A stretch of DNA of 40,572 nt from positions 1-40,572 of the forward strand of contig DASUTP010000482.1 in the NCBI GenBank assembly GCA_036374515.1, read 5' to 3'. Of this stretch, positions 20,204 through 28,536 are shown piece by piece. Numbering within the stretch: position 1 is the stretch's first letter; every line of letters begins with the position of its first letter. The notes under the pieces were generated by a model, which made no database searches, was not told the DNA's origin, and worked only from the letters and a program-made list of their open reading frames with translations. Source of the DNA: Chryseolinea sp. Lineage in GTDB: Bacteria; Bacteroidota; Bacteroidia; Cytophagales; Cyclobacteriaceae. The translations under genes were made by a program, and so were the position numbers.

Positions 20204-20211
20204 TATATTTG
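20204..20211 (+). promoter_or_regulatory. -7 promoter box of lgt
   Basis: Perfect TATATTTG 6 nt before ATG 20218. Confidence 0.6.
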
Positions 20212-20217
20212 CCCCCT

Positions 20218-21354
20218 ATGTCTATACTAAATTATATTATTTGGAACGGAAGTCCGGAGATCTTTTCCTACGGTAGCTTTTCCCTCCGTTGGTACGGATT
20301 GTTCTTTGCTTTGGGGTTCCTCATCAGTCAGCAATTCATGTACTACTTCTACAAGCAGGAAGGCAAGCCTGAAAAAGATGTTGACACGCTAACGATTTAT
20401 ATGGTTATTGCCACCATCATCGGGGCAAGACTTGGACACGTTATATTTTATCAGCCGGAAATCATAACTGAAAACCCCCTCAGTATATTTTTGCCATTCG
20501 AGTTCAGTCCATTTCGTTTTACAGGTCTGCAGGGACTTGCCAGTCACGGCGCTACCATCGGAATTTTATTTGCGCTTTGGCTTTATAGCCGCAAAAAAAA
20601 ACCAGGGCAAAGTTTTCTGCAGGTCGTGGACCGAATTGTAATTGTGGTTGCCCTTACAGGTGCATTAATCCGCCTGGGTAATTATTTCAATTCAGAGATT
20701 ATCGGACTTCCCACTACAAAACCCTGGGGCGTGGTATTCGTCAACCGCTTCACGGAAACGATAATGGATCCCAGAGTAGACCGCGAGGGAATCGTTGAAT
20801 CGGTGGTGATCAAACGCAACGATTCCATACCACAGACCGACGCCAGCAGAGTACCGCTTAACATTTATTTGTTCTTTAAGAAAGGCGTGACGGGCGATCA
20901 GCCACGGGATTTCACCGATGTAACGGCAAGAAATTTACTGTCGAACAGCTATTCCGAATATTTTGACGCCGCAGGAGAAAAAACACAAACCCGGGGGCAA
21001 GTAATGGAAGATGGAAATGTAGCTGCCCGCATAAGCACATTCGGAATTGCACGGCATCCTGCGCAGCTTTATGAATCAATTTCCTGTGTGTTTCTTTTCT
21101 TGTTTCTTTTTTGGATGTGGTCAAAGAAAAAGGAAAAGTTACCGGCAGGCCGGTTGCTCGGCATATTCCTGATAGTGTGTTTTGGACTACGATTCCTGTT
21201 TGAATTTGTAAAGGAGGTCCAGGAACCCTTTGAGGAGGGAATGGTCCTGAACATGGGGCAGATTCTCAGTATCCCTTGTGTCATTGCGGGAATTGTGATT
21301 CTTGCGCTTTCGTACCGGAAACAGAACACGGATATCAATGAATTAAAAAAGTAA
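20218..21354 (+). CDS. lgt: Prolipoprotein diacylglyceryl transferase
   Basis: LRWYG, GARLGH, GLASHG, IRLGNYFNSEIIG, RHPAQLYE, RFLFEF and MGQILS motifs. Confidence 0.95.
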   Translation: MSILNYIIWNGSPEIFSYGSFSLRWYGLFFALGFLISQQFMYYFYKQEGKPEKDVDTLTIYMVIATIIGARLGHVIFYQPEIITENPLSIFLPFEFSPFRFTGLQGLASHGATIGILFALWLYSRKKKPGQSFLQVVDRIVIVVALTGALIRLGNYFNSEIIGLPTTKPWGVVFVNRFTETIMDPRVDREGIVESVVIKRNDSIPQTDASRVPLNIYLFFKKGVTGDQPRDFTDVTARNLLSNSYSEYFDAAGEKTQTRGQVMEDGNVAARISTFGIARHPAQLYESISCVFLFLFLFWMWSKKKEKLPAGRLLGIFLIVCFGLRFLFEFVKEVQEPFEEGMVLNMGQILSIPCVIAGIVILALSYRKQNTDINELKK

Positions 21355-21396
21355 GATTAAACTTGCCGGCACCTGTGGGAGTCTTAGTGGTACAAG

Positions 21397-22848
21397 ATGC
21401 GTGCGTATATAACTTGTGTTGTTTTCTGCTTACTTGCTTCTGATCTCGTCGCACAGCAAGAACAAATCGGCCTGCCCGATACCATACAACAGGTGCCAAT
21501 TTATACGAGATTGGATTCAGTCGGACGCCTCATTCACATAAATCGTGTTTTCATTGTTGGAAATCGTATAACGCGCGACCAGATAATTTTGCGCGAGCTT
21601 ACGCTGCGTCAGGGCGATGTTATCAATAGTCTTGACCTTGAGGCTATCCTTGAACGCGATAAGAAGAAACTCATTAACACGCGCCTGTTTAACACTGTAG
21701 AGATCCGGCCGCTCGAACTTCAACAAGACCATATTGATTTGCTCATAGACCTTGACGAACGGTGGTATACTTTTCCATCGCCCATTTTTGAATTATCTGA
21801 CCGCAATTTTAACGAGTGGTGGGAAACTTACGATCATGATTTCAGCCGGGTGAACTATGGATTGAGGTTGTATCAATTCAATATGCGGGGAAGAAATGAG
21901 ACATTACGACTAACCGCGCAATTCGGGTTTCAGCGTAGGTTTGAATTGTCTTACCGGTTTCCATACATCGACAAGAAACAAAAGCATGGCCTCATTATCG
22001 ATGCGGATTTTACAGAAACGAAAAACCTCGCCTTTCGCACCGTAGACCACCGGCTGGACTTTTTAAAGGACGATAATATCCTGCGGACTACAAGGGGCGG
22101 AGGCGTCACGTACACCTATCGTAATTCTTTCTACGTATCGCACGCACTTAAACTTGAATACAGAAGCAACAGCATTAATGATACGATCCCGTCGTTAAAC
22201 TCAAATTATTACAGCAACGACAAAACCACGCAGCGCTATGGAATGATCACGTATCAGTTTATTTCCGATCATCGCGATTACGTGGGATATCCGTTGCGGG
22301 GAAGCTATTTTACCTTGCTTGCCTCGAAGAGCGGGATTGCTGCAAAAGATGACTTAAATAAATGGGAGGCAACCGCATCCTATTCAATATTCCTGGATCT
22401 TACAAATAATTTCTTCCTGTCTAATAATATCATCGGATATGTCAGCACACCCGACGATGTCCCCTACTCCAACTATGGGGCTATGGGATACAGAAAACAA
22501 TTCGCCCGCGGTTATGAGATCTACGTGATAGAGGGAACTTCGTACGCATTAAATAAACTGACTTTGAAAAAACGGATCTTCCATAAAGTTTACCGGTGGG
22601 AATCCATGCCGATTCCACAGTTCAGACACGTGCCCTTATCCATATTCATTAAGACCTACGGAGACCTCGGGTATGTTAAAGGCTATCCGAATTATGAAAT
22701 CAGCAGTCGTTTGTCTGACAAGCTTTTAACGAGTGCGGGCGGCGGCGTTGATATTGTTGCTTCATACGATGTCGTGCTTCGCATCGAGTACACGTTCAAT
22801 GGTGAGGGTGAAAAGGGATTTTTCTTTCACATCAGGAAAGAATTCTAA
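21397..22848 (+). CDS. Omp85 (BamA/TamA superfamily) protein with a single POTRA domain
   Basis: Signal peptide; POTRA (IVGNRITRDQIILREL...RLFNTVEI); barrel motifs ARGY and YGDLG; C-terminal Phe. Confidence 0.8.
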   Translation: MRAYITCVVFCLLASDLVAQQEQIGLPDTIQQVPIYTRLDSVGRLIHINRVFIVGNRITRDQIILRELTLRQGDVINSLDLEAILERDKKKLINTRLFNTVEIRPLELQQDHIDLLIDLDERWYTFPSPIFELSDRNFNEWWETYDHDFSRVNYGLRLYQFNMRGRNETLRLTAQFGFQRRFELSYRFPYIDKKQKHGLIIDADFTETKNLAFRTVDHRLDFLKDDNILRTTRGGGVTYTYRNSFYVSHALKLEYRSNSINDTIPSLNSNYYSNDKTTQRYGMITYQFISDHRDYVGYPLRGSYFTLLASKSGIAAKDDLNKWEATASYSIFLDLTNNFFLSNNIIGYVSTPDDVPYSNYGAMGYRKQFARGYEIYVIEGTSYALNKLTLKKRIFHKVYRWESMPIPQFRHVPLSIFIKTYGDLGYVKGYPNYEISSRLSDKLLTSAGGGVDIVASYDVVLRIEYTFNGEGEKGFFFHIRKEF

Positions 22849-22938
22849 GATCGTTATCGAATGTCAGGTTAATTTGTTTTCGATTCTTTTGGCCACACGG
22901 CCCAACTCACTAATTTGATATCCTTAAAGTAAATCGTT

Positions 22939-23760
22939 GTGTATTATTATTTATTCGGCAGCGGCATGTTGCTGCTGTGCATTCCATTTTCCTACGCACA
23001 AAGTTCGTCCACGTTAATTGGTGGCCGGGCCGCTGGACTGGCATATTCTTCCTCATGCCTGCGCGATGAGTGGGCCATCTTTAACAACATTGGCGGCCTG
23101 GGTAAAGTGGAACGCGCAGCCGTGGCGTTAACATATGATGCCCAACCATCTTTCAAGGCATTCAACAGGATGAGCGCGGTTATCGCGCTTCCAACTAAAG
23201 TCGGCGTGGCCGGTGCCGGTCTATTTCGATTTGGAGACCAGTTGTTCAGCGAGCAAATTCTTGCCCTGGGATTTGCCAACACTTTTGGGTTGGCATCCCT
23301 CGGATTAAAGGTCAGTTACATCCAATACAAAGCCAAAGGATTCGGGACGAAAGGCATATTCGCCCTCAGCTTCGGAGGGATCGCAAACCTGACTGAAAAA
23401 TTATCGGTAGGGGCACATATCATAAATCTGAATCAGCCAACGTTGTCGGCTGCCGACGGCGAAAAGCTGCCTACCATCTTAGTTATTGGCGGTGCTGTCA
23501 ACCTTTCGCCACAAACGCTCGTAACCACCGAGCTTGAAAAGAATTTAGGCTACACACTGAAATGGAAAACAGGAGTTGAATATCAACCATACAAAAAAAT
23601 TATGTTAAGAACGGGCTTCCAGTTAAATCCGGCAACCGCCTTTTTTGGATTTGGATTTCGTCCGAAAAAGCTTTCCCTCGATTATTCCTTTCAACACAAC
23701 TTCTTGCTTGGCTCTCGTCATCAGGCGACCCTGGGATATTTTATCGGTGCAAGTAAATGA
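22939..23760 (+). CDS. PorV/PorQ-like small outer-membrane beta-barrel protein
   Basis: GGRAAGLA and AIFNNIGGL N-terminal motifs (the G.R..GM / N.AGL type), alternating beta-strands, LDYSF...LG..HQATLGY end. Alternative start ATG 22966. Confidence 0.6.
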   Translation: MYYYLFGSGMLLLCIPFSYAQSSSTLIGGRAAGLAYSSSCLRDEWAIFNNIGGLGKVERAAVALTYDAQPSFKAFNRMSAVIALPTKVGVAGAGLFRFGDQLFSEQILALGFANTFGLASLGLKVSYIQYKAKGFGTKGIFALSFGGIANLTEKLSVGAHIINLNQPTLSAADGEKLPTILVIGGAVNLSPQTLVTTELEKNLGYTLKWKTGVEYQPYKKIMLRTGFQLNPATAFFGFGFRPKKLSLDYSFQHNFLLGSRHQATLGYFIGASK

Positions 23761-25814
23761 GATCTGCGTTAGTCGCGATATTAGTTACTGCAGTCGCCAA
23801 CATTTGTGCGCAGGAATATCCGAAAAGAGAAATCGACATTGCTCAGCTTGCTGACGACCTTTATAGCGTTCCGGATACCGAAACCGACGTCGAAGACTTG
23901 TACGAAAACCTGCTACAATTGTTAACACATCCTGTCAACCTGAACAAGGCTACGGCCGAAGATTTGCGTTTTATCCAGCTGCTATCTGAATCTCAAATCA
24001 ATCAGCTTTTGAAATACCGCAGCGACGTTGGAAATTTTGTTTCTGTTTATGAGTTGCAAGCCGTTCCTGAATTTGATTTGACAACGCTTCATAAACTTGC
24101 CCCTTTTGTTACGGTAAATGATCATCTCAGCTCTCTCGACGCAACCTTCCTGACGCGGGTTAAAAAAGAGGGCGATCATTACCTTTTAGTCCGATACGAA
24201 CGCACCGTCCAGTTGAAAAATGGCTTTGAAAAAGAAGGGGGCGAACCGGCACAATTCCGGGGGTCGCCCGACAAACTTTATATGAGATTTCGTTCCAGCC
24301 GGCCCGGTGATTTCAGCTTTGGATTTTCAGCTGAGAAAGATCCTGGCGAAGAACTGACATGGAGTCCGGGCAGGGGATATTACGGAGCCGATTACCTTTC
24401 ATGTCACCTTCAAATACAAAACAAAGGAAGGTTGAAAAATCTAATCATAGGCGATTATCAGACGCAGTTTGGGCAGGGTCTGATGTTGGGTGGTGTGCTG
24501 GGAATGGGTAAAGGCGGGGAAACTATCACAACAATCAGACGAAGCAACATAGGGTTACTTCCGTACACATCAGCGTACGAAGCGGGAACGTTGCGCGGTA
24601 TCGCAGTTACTGTAAGAGCAGCAGACCATTTACACGCGACAGGCTTTTATTCAAATGTAAAAAAGGACGGAACACTGGATTTGTATGATGATGACGAGCA
24701 GGAAAAAATTTCCGCTTTTCAAACGACTGGATTACACCGCACTGAAAAGGAGTTGGACAAGCGAAAACGCATTAAGGAAAAAAATGCCGGTTTCATCCTT
24801 CAATACGACCGGGCGGCATTGAGCGGAGGAATTATGTTTAACCAGACCAGCTTTGATGCTGACGTTCAACCTAACGCTACAGCCTATAACCAATTCGCTT
24901 TTCGGGGAAAAGTAAACCGCAATGCAGGCTTGTTCCTGAATTATAACATCCAGAACATTTCCGCATTTGCCGAGGTAGCCCATTCGTTTCAAGGAAGCAT
25001 TGGTGCAACGGCTGGCCTGTTGGCAGCACTTTCTCCAAAACTGGATCTTTCATTGCTTTACCGGAATTACGGCATGAGGTTTTATACCTTCTATTCCAGC
25101 GGACTTGGAGAAAACACCAATACGCAAAATGAGCGAGGGCTTTACTGGGGGTGGCGATATACGTTCAGCCGGCGGTACCAACTTGCGGGCTACATTGACA
25201 TTTTCAGGTTTCCCTGGCTGCGCTTCCGAAGTTATGCGCCTTCGGACGGTTATGAATGGCTATTGCGATTTCAGTATGATCCATCCCGCAAGGTAAAAAT
25301 GTTTATTCAGGCCAGGGAGGAAACGAAGAGCCGGAATACAGAAACTGACAGATCTACACAGTACCAGGTGTCAGCCGGTAAAAAAAACAGCTACTGCCTG
25401 AATGTAGATTACGCCCCGCACGACATGCTGCGGTTAAAAAGCCGTGTACAACTGAGTACCTATACTATAAACGGAATGACCAGCGCAGGAATGGCGCTTA
25501 TTCAGGATATCGTCGTCGACGCCGGAAAATTAAAACTTACCATGCGCTATGCGATCTTTGAAACGGATGACCACGACAATCGACAGTATTCCTATGAAAA
25601 CGATGTTTGGCTCGCTTACTCCATGCCCGCATACGGTGGGGCGGGTGTGCGCAAAATGGCCATCGTGGAGTATAAGATCAACAGGAATCTGAGTGTGTGG
25701 CTACGTTATTCCCATATTCGTTATGAAAATCTGCAATTCATTGGAGATGGTTTGGATCGCATCGACGGAGATCAAAAAGACGATGTGAAGGCGCAAGTGG
25801 TAGTAAAGTTTTGA
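23757..25814 (+). CDS. ComEA-like helix-hairpin-helix domain fused to a predicted outer-membrane beta-barrel
   Basis: Signal peptide; PVNLNKATAEDL...YR...GNFVSVYELQAV (HHH_3-like); aromatic-rich beta-strand region; terminal beta-signal AQVVVKF; ATGA overlap with the upstream gene. Confidence 0.8.
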   Translation: MRSALVAILVTAVANICAQEYPKREIDIAQLADDLYSVPDTETDVEDLYENLLQLLTHPVNLNKATAEDLRFIQLLSESQINQLLKYRSDVGNFVSVYELQAVPEFDLTTLHKLAPFVTVNDHLSSLDATFLTRVKKEGDHYLLVRYERTVQLKNGFEKEGGEPAQFRGSPDKLYMRFRSSRPGDFSFGFSAEKDPGEELTWSPGRGYYGADYLSCHLQIQNKGRLKNLIIGDYQTQFGQGLMLGGVLGMGKGGETITTIRRSNIGLLPYTSAYEAGTLRGIAVTVRAADHLHATGFYSNVKKDGTLDLYDDDEQEKISAFQTTGLHRTEKELDKRKRIKEKNAGFILQYDRAALSGGIMFNQTSFDADVQPNATAYNQFAFRGKVNRNAGLFLNYNIQNISAFAEVAHSFQGSIGATAGLLAALSPKLDLSLLYRNYGMRFYTFYSSGLGENTNTQNERGLYWGWRYTFSRRYQLAGYIDIFRFPWLRFRSYAPSDGYEWLLRFQYDPSRKVKMFIQAREETKSRNTETDRSTQYQVSAGKKNSYCLNVDYAPHDMLRLKSRVQLSTYTINGMTSAGMALIQDIVVDAGKLKLTMRYAIFETDDHDNRQYSYENDVWLAYSMPAYGGAGVRKMAIVEYKINRNLSVWLRYSHIRYENLQFIGDGLDRIDGDQKDDVKAQVVVKF

Positions 25815-25884
25815 CGACGTTCTTTGGTAAGCTTTTGTATGGCAGGTTAGTATTCATGTCTAACAGAATTGTGCGGCAAAATTG

Positions 25885-25892
25885 TATTTTTG
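25885..25892 (+). promoter_or_regulatory. -7 promoter box upstream of a small ORF
   Basis: TATTTTTG matches TAnnTTTG, 33 nt upstream of ATG 25926. Confidence 0.45.
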
Positions 25893-25925
25893 GTGTAGGC
25901 CGCCATTAAGCATCACGCCTCAACC

Positions 25926-26030
25926 ATGCACGCACTCAATCAAATAACGCCTGAAATTCTGCTATTGATGTGTGTGGGCGGTATTGTGTTTATCCTCATA
26001 TTCAAGGCCATCTTCAGAAGTAAGAAGTAA
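25926..26030 (+). CDS. 34-aa single-pass membrane microprotein
   Basis: Below the ORF-track cutoff: MHALNQITPEILLLMCVGGIVFILIFKAIFRSKK*, one hydrophobic helix followed by a basic tail. Confidence 0.55.
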   Translation: MHALNQITPEILLLMCVGGIVFILIFKAIFRSKK

Positions 26031-26203
26031 TATTTATCATAAATAATAAGCTTCCCAGCAGCGTCCCGCCGACTAATTACCCTTTTATTCGATGGGCTGG
26101 TTTCATTTCTTATATATCCTGCGGTTATTTGAAAGCAGGAATCAGGTCAGACGATCTGAGGGATTTCTATCCACGGAACATTTAAAGATAAACTACAAAA
26201 CCG

Positions 26204-26932
26204 ATGAAAAATTCTATAATCTGCCTTCTTGTGATGATTTGTGCCAGCGGCCTTGCTACGGCTCAGACAACCAAGAAAGTTTTAGAACTTCCAGAATTCA
26301 AGGGTATTTATGTAAACTCAAACTATACGGTATATCTCAAACAGACTAACAAGCAGGAGGTAACTGTTGAAGCGTTAACAGAAATTTTTGCTGTAAGCGA
26401 GTTCAAGGTAGAAAATGGAATATTGATGATCAACGTGGATCGGAAGCCGGAAAGTCCCAACAAAAGTATCTGGCAAAAGATCGACGATATCAAGCTAAAT
26501 CCAACGATGAAGATATACGTAAGCGTAAAAAATTTAAATGACCTGCAGGTAAATGGCAATGGTAAGATCATTTCTGAAAATTCCATTGCGTCGGATTACA
26601 TTACCCTGGGCGTTGCAGGCGGCGGAAGCATGGATGTAGATTTGAAGGGCAATACGATTAAGGCCGAATTAAGTGGCAGTGGCCAATTGACTGTTAAGGG
26701 CTACGCAACCTCTATAGATGCTGTCGTAAGCGGTTCCGGAACGCTTGATGGCTACAATTGTGCCTTGGAAACTGCAAAAGCAAAGGTTAGCGGACCTGGT
26801 CTGTGCCAGCTTAACGTATCCAATAATATCGACGCGCTGGTGCTGGGTACCGGACAGGTTAAGCACAAAGGGAACACAAAATCGGCCCAAAAAAAGATTT
26901 ACGGTTCAGGCAGTGTTGAGCGAGCATATTAG
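26204..26932 (+). CDS. Head GIN domain (DUF2807) exported protein
   Basis: Signal peptide, F..I.V start and repeated SGSG/GGGS beta-helix motifs ending GSGSV. Confidence 0.85.
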   Translation: MKNSIICLLVMICASGLATAQTTKKVLELPEFKGIYVNSNYTVYLKQTNKQEVTVEALTEIFAVSEFKVENGILMINVDRKPESPNKSIWQKIDDIKLNPTMKIYVSVKNLNDLQVNGNGKIISENSIASDYITLGVAGGGSMDVDLKGNTIKAELSGSGQLTVKGYATSIDAVVSGSGTLDGYNCALETAKAKVSGPGLCQLNVSNNIDALVLGTGQVKHKGNTKSAQKKIYGSGSVERAY

Positions 26933-26976
26933 ACCATTTCGACCCTCTCGAACGGTAGTCCCGTGGACTAAATGTG

Positions 26977-27014
26977 GCTTTAGGGCCCTAAAAAGGCCTT
27001 AAAGCACATCTTTT
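26977..27014 (+). terminator. Possible intrinsic terminator after the GIN gene
   Basis: GCTTTAGGGCC / GGCCTTAAAGC 11-bp stem (one G-U) followed by a short T run. Confidence 0.4.
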
Positions 27015-27154
27015 GGCATTTAGTCAATTTTCTTATTACTTTTAACTGTTGATTGTCATTCTTTACTGTCCCTCTCACCCGTCCCTACGAGTAGTAGTAG
27101 CAGCCAAGTTTGTCAGTTGGCGCTAATTTAATTTTTCATTTACTTATTTTACCA

Positions 27155-27484
27155 ATGAACATTTATGTTGCCAATATCCCTTTTAAGGCATCCGAACAGG
27201 AATTGAAGGGATTATTCGAAGAGTATGGCGAAGTATCTTCTGCCAAAATTGTTATGGACAAAGTTACACAGCGCAGCCGCGGTTTCGGATTTATCGAAAT
27301 GTCGGATGACGCGAGTGCCCGTCAAGCTATCACTAGTTTAAACGGTTTCAATTTCTTGGGTAAGACGCTTGTGGTTAACGAAGCCAGACCACGTACTGAC
27401 GCCCCTCGTAGTGGAGGTGGTGGTGGATACAAAAGCGGTGGTGGCGGAGGTGGTTTTAACCGCAGAAGCAATAACGAATATTAA
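27155..27484 (+). CDS. RRM (RNP-1) RNA-binding protein with Gly-rich tail
   Basis: RNP2 IYVANI, RNP1 RGFGFIEM and VNEARPR, then GGGG repeats; ATG at 27155. Confidence 0.95.
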   Translation: MNIYVANIPFKASEQELKGLFEEYGEVSSAKIVMDKVTQRSRGFGFIEMSDDASARQAITSLNGFNFLGKTLVVNEARPRTDAPRSGGGGGYKSGGGGGGFNRRSNNEY

Positions 27485-27503
27485 TCCATCCGATATTGTA
27501 ATT

Positions 27504-27531
27504 AAACTGCTCACACGAGCAGTTTTTTTTT
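27504..27531 (+). terminator. Intrinsic terminator
   Basis: AAACTGCTC-ACAC-GAGCAGTTT stem-loop with a 9-T tract. Confidence 0.85.
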
Positions 27532-27580
27532 GCCCTGATTTTTCTGCTGACCAACAAGAAATTTTTAAGTACCGCTAAAA

Positions 27581-27943
27581 ATGGAATTGAACAAAGCCCA
27601 GAAGATTATACTCGGCATCTTTACATTTTTGCCCTTCGTAGTGTTTCCTTTCATGCTTTGGCAGGTGTTCGTGGGAATGGGTAATATTTTTAGCGGCAGT
27701 GAGTCAGGCCACCCATCCAACGGAGAAATTGCAATGGAATTTTTCGCCTTCCTTTTTCCAATCGGCATGCTGGCGTTCGGCAGCCTCGTGCTTCTTGTTT
27801 TTTATATCATTCATGCCGTTATGAATAAAAGCCTCTCCGCCGCCGAGCAGGTGCTTTGGATCCTTTTATTCGTGTTCCTTGGAATAATTGTTTTCCCCGT
27901 GTATTGGGTCATGCGAGTTTGGAATAACTCAAATAACCCTTGA
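27581..27943 (+). CDS. Small membrane protein (PLDc_N-like C-terminal half)
   Basis: Three to four hydrophobic segments; H...NK.LS..EQVLWILL...G...PVYW pattern. Confidence 0.7.
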   Translation: MELNKAQKIILGIFTFLPFVVFPFMLWQVFVGMGNIFSGSESGHPSNGEIAMEFFAFLFPIGMLAFGSLVLLVFYIIHAVMNKSLSAAEQVLWILLFVFLGIIVFPVYWVMRVWNNSNNP

Positions 27944-27994
27944 TTCTGACCGAATAGTTTAGTAAACTTTGTAACATCAACAAAGAATTTAGCA

Positions 27995-28447
27995 ATGAGT
28001 GTAATTACCAGCCTTGAACGGTGGGGTAATAGCCATCGTCCTGGATTTCTCGATGTTTTCCGTTTTGTACTGGGTGCCTTTATAACCTATAAGGGACTTT
28101 ATTTTATTACCCACATGGCGGAACTTGAAATGACGACTTCAGGCATTAACGTATACTTTGCAGGCATGACGTTAGCGCATTATGTTGTTTTTGCGCATAT
28201 TCTTGGTGGTCCGCTTATTTTCTTTGGCCTCTTTACCCGAATCGTCTGCTTTATTCAATTGCCAATTCTTATTGGAGCGGTGTTTATGGTAAACGCGCCC
28301 AAAGGGTTTCTTTCAATCGGACAGCATATGGAACTTTGGTCATCAATTGTTGTCTTAATTGGCTTATTGATCTTTATGGTCTTTGGAGCCGGCCGTTATT
28401 CTATAGATGCTAAACGCAGAAAAGAGATGGAGGCAGCTAATCTGTGA
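27995..28447 (+). CDS. DoxX family membrane protein
   Basis: R...G....KG, GG.LI..GLFTR and GAGRYSID motifs. Confidence 0.88.
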   Translation: MSVITSLERWGNSHRPGFLDVFRFVLGAFITYKGLYFITHMAELEMTTSGINVYFAGMTLAHYVVFAHILGGPLIFFGLFTRIVCFIQLPILIGAVFMVNAPKGFLSIGQHMELWSSIVVLIGLLIFMVFGAGRYSIDAKRRKEMEAANL

Positions 28448-28467
28448 TCATCTTTAACCTAAACCGG

Positions 28468-28500
28468 AAAGGCATCTGATTTTCAGGTGCCTTTTTTATT
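28468..28500 (+). terminator. Intrinsic terminator
   Basis: AAAGGCATCTG...CAGGTGCCTTT stem followed by a T-rich tail. Confidence 0.8.
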
Positions 28501-28536
28501 TTTCTTCCTATCTTCGGCCTCGCCCAAAACATTCGC

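Noticed and set aside
27408-27455. GGT/GGA microsatellite
   Set aside because: It is explained by the Gly-rich tail of the RRM protein.
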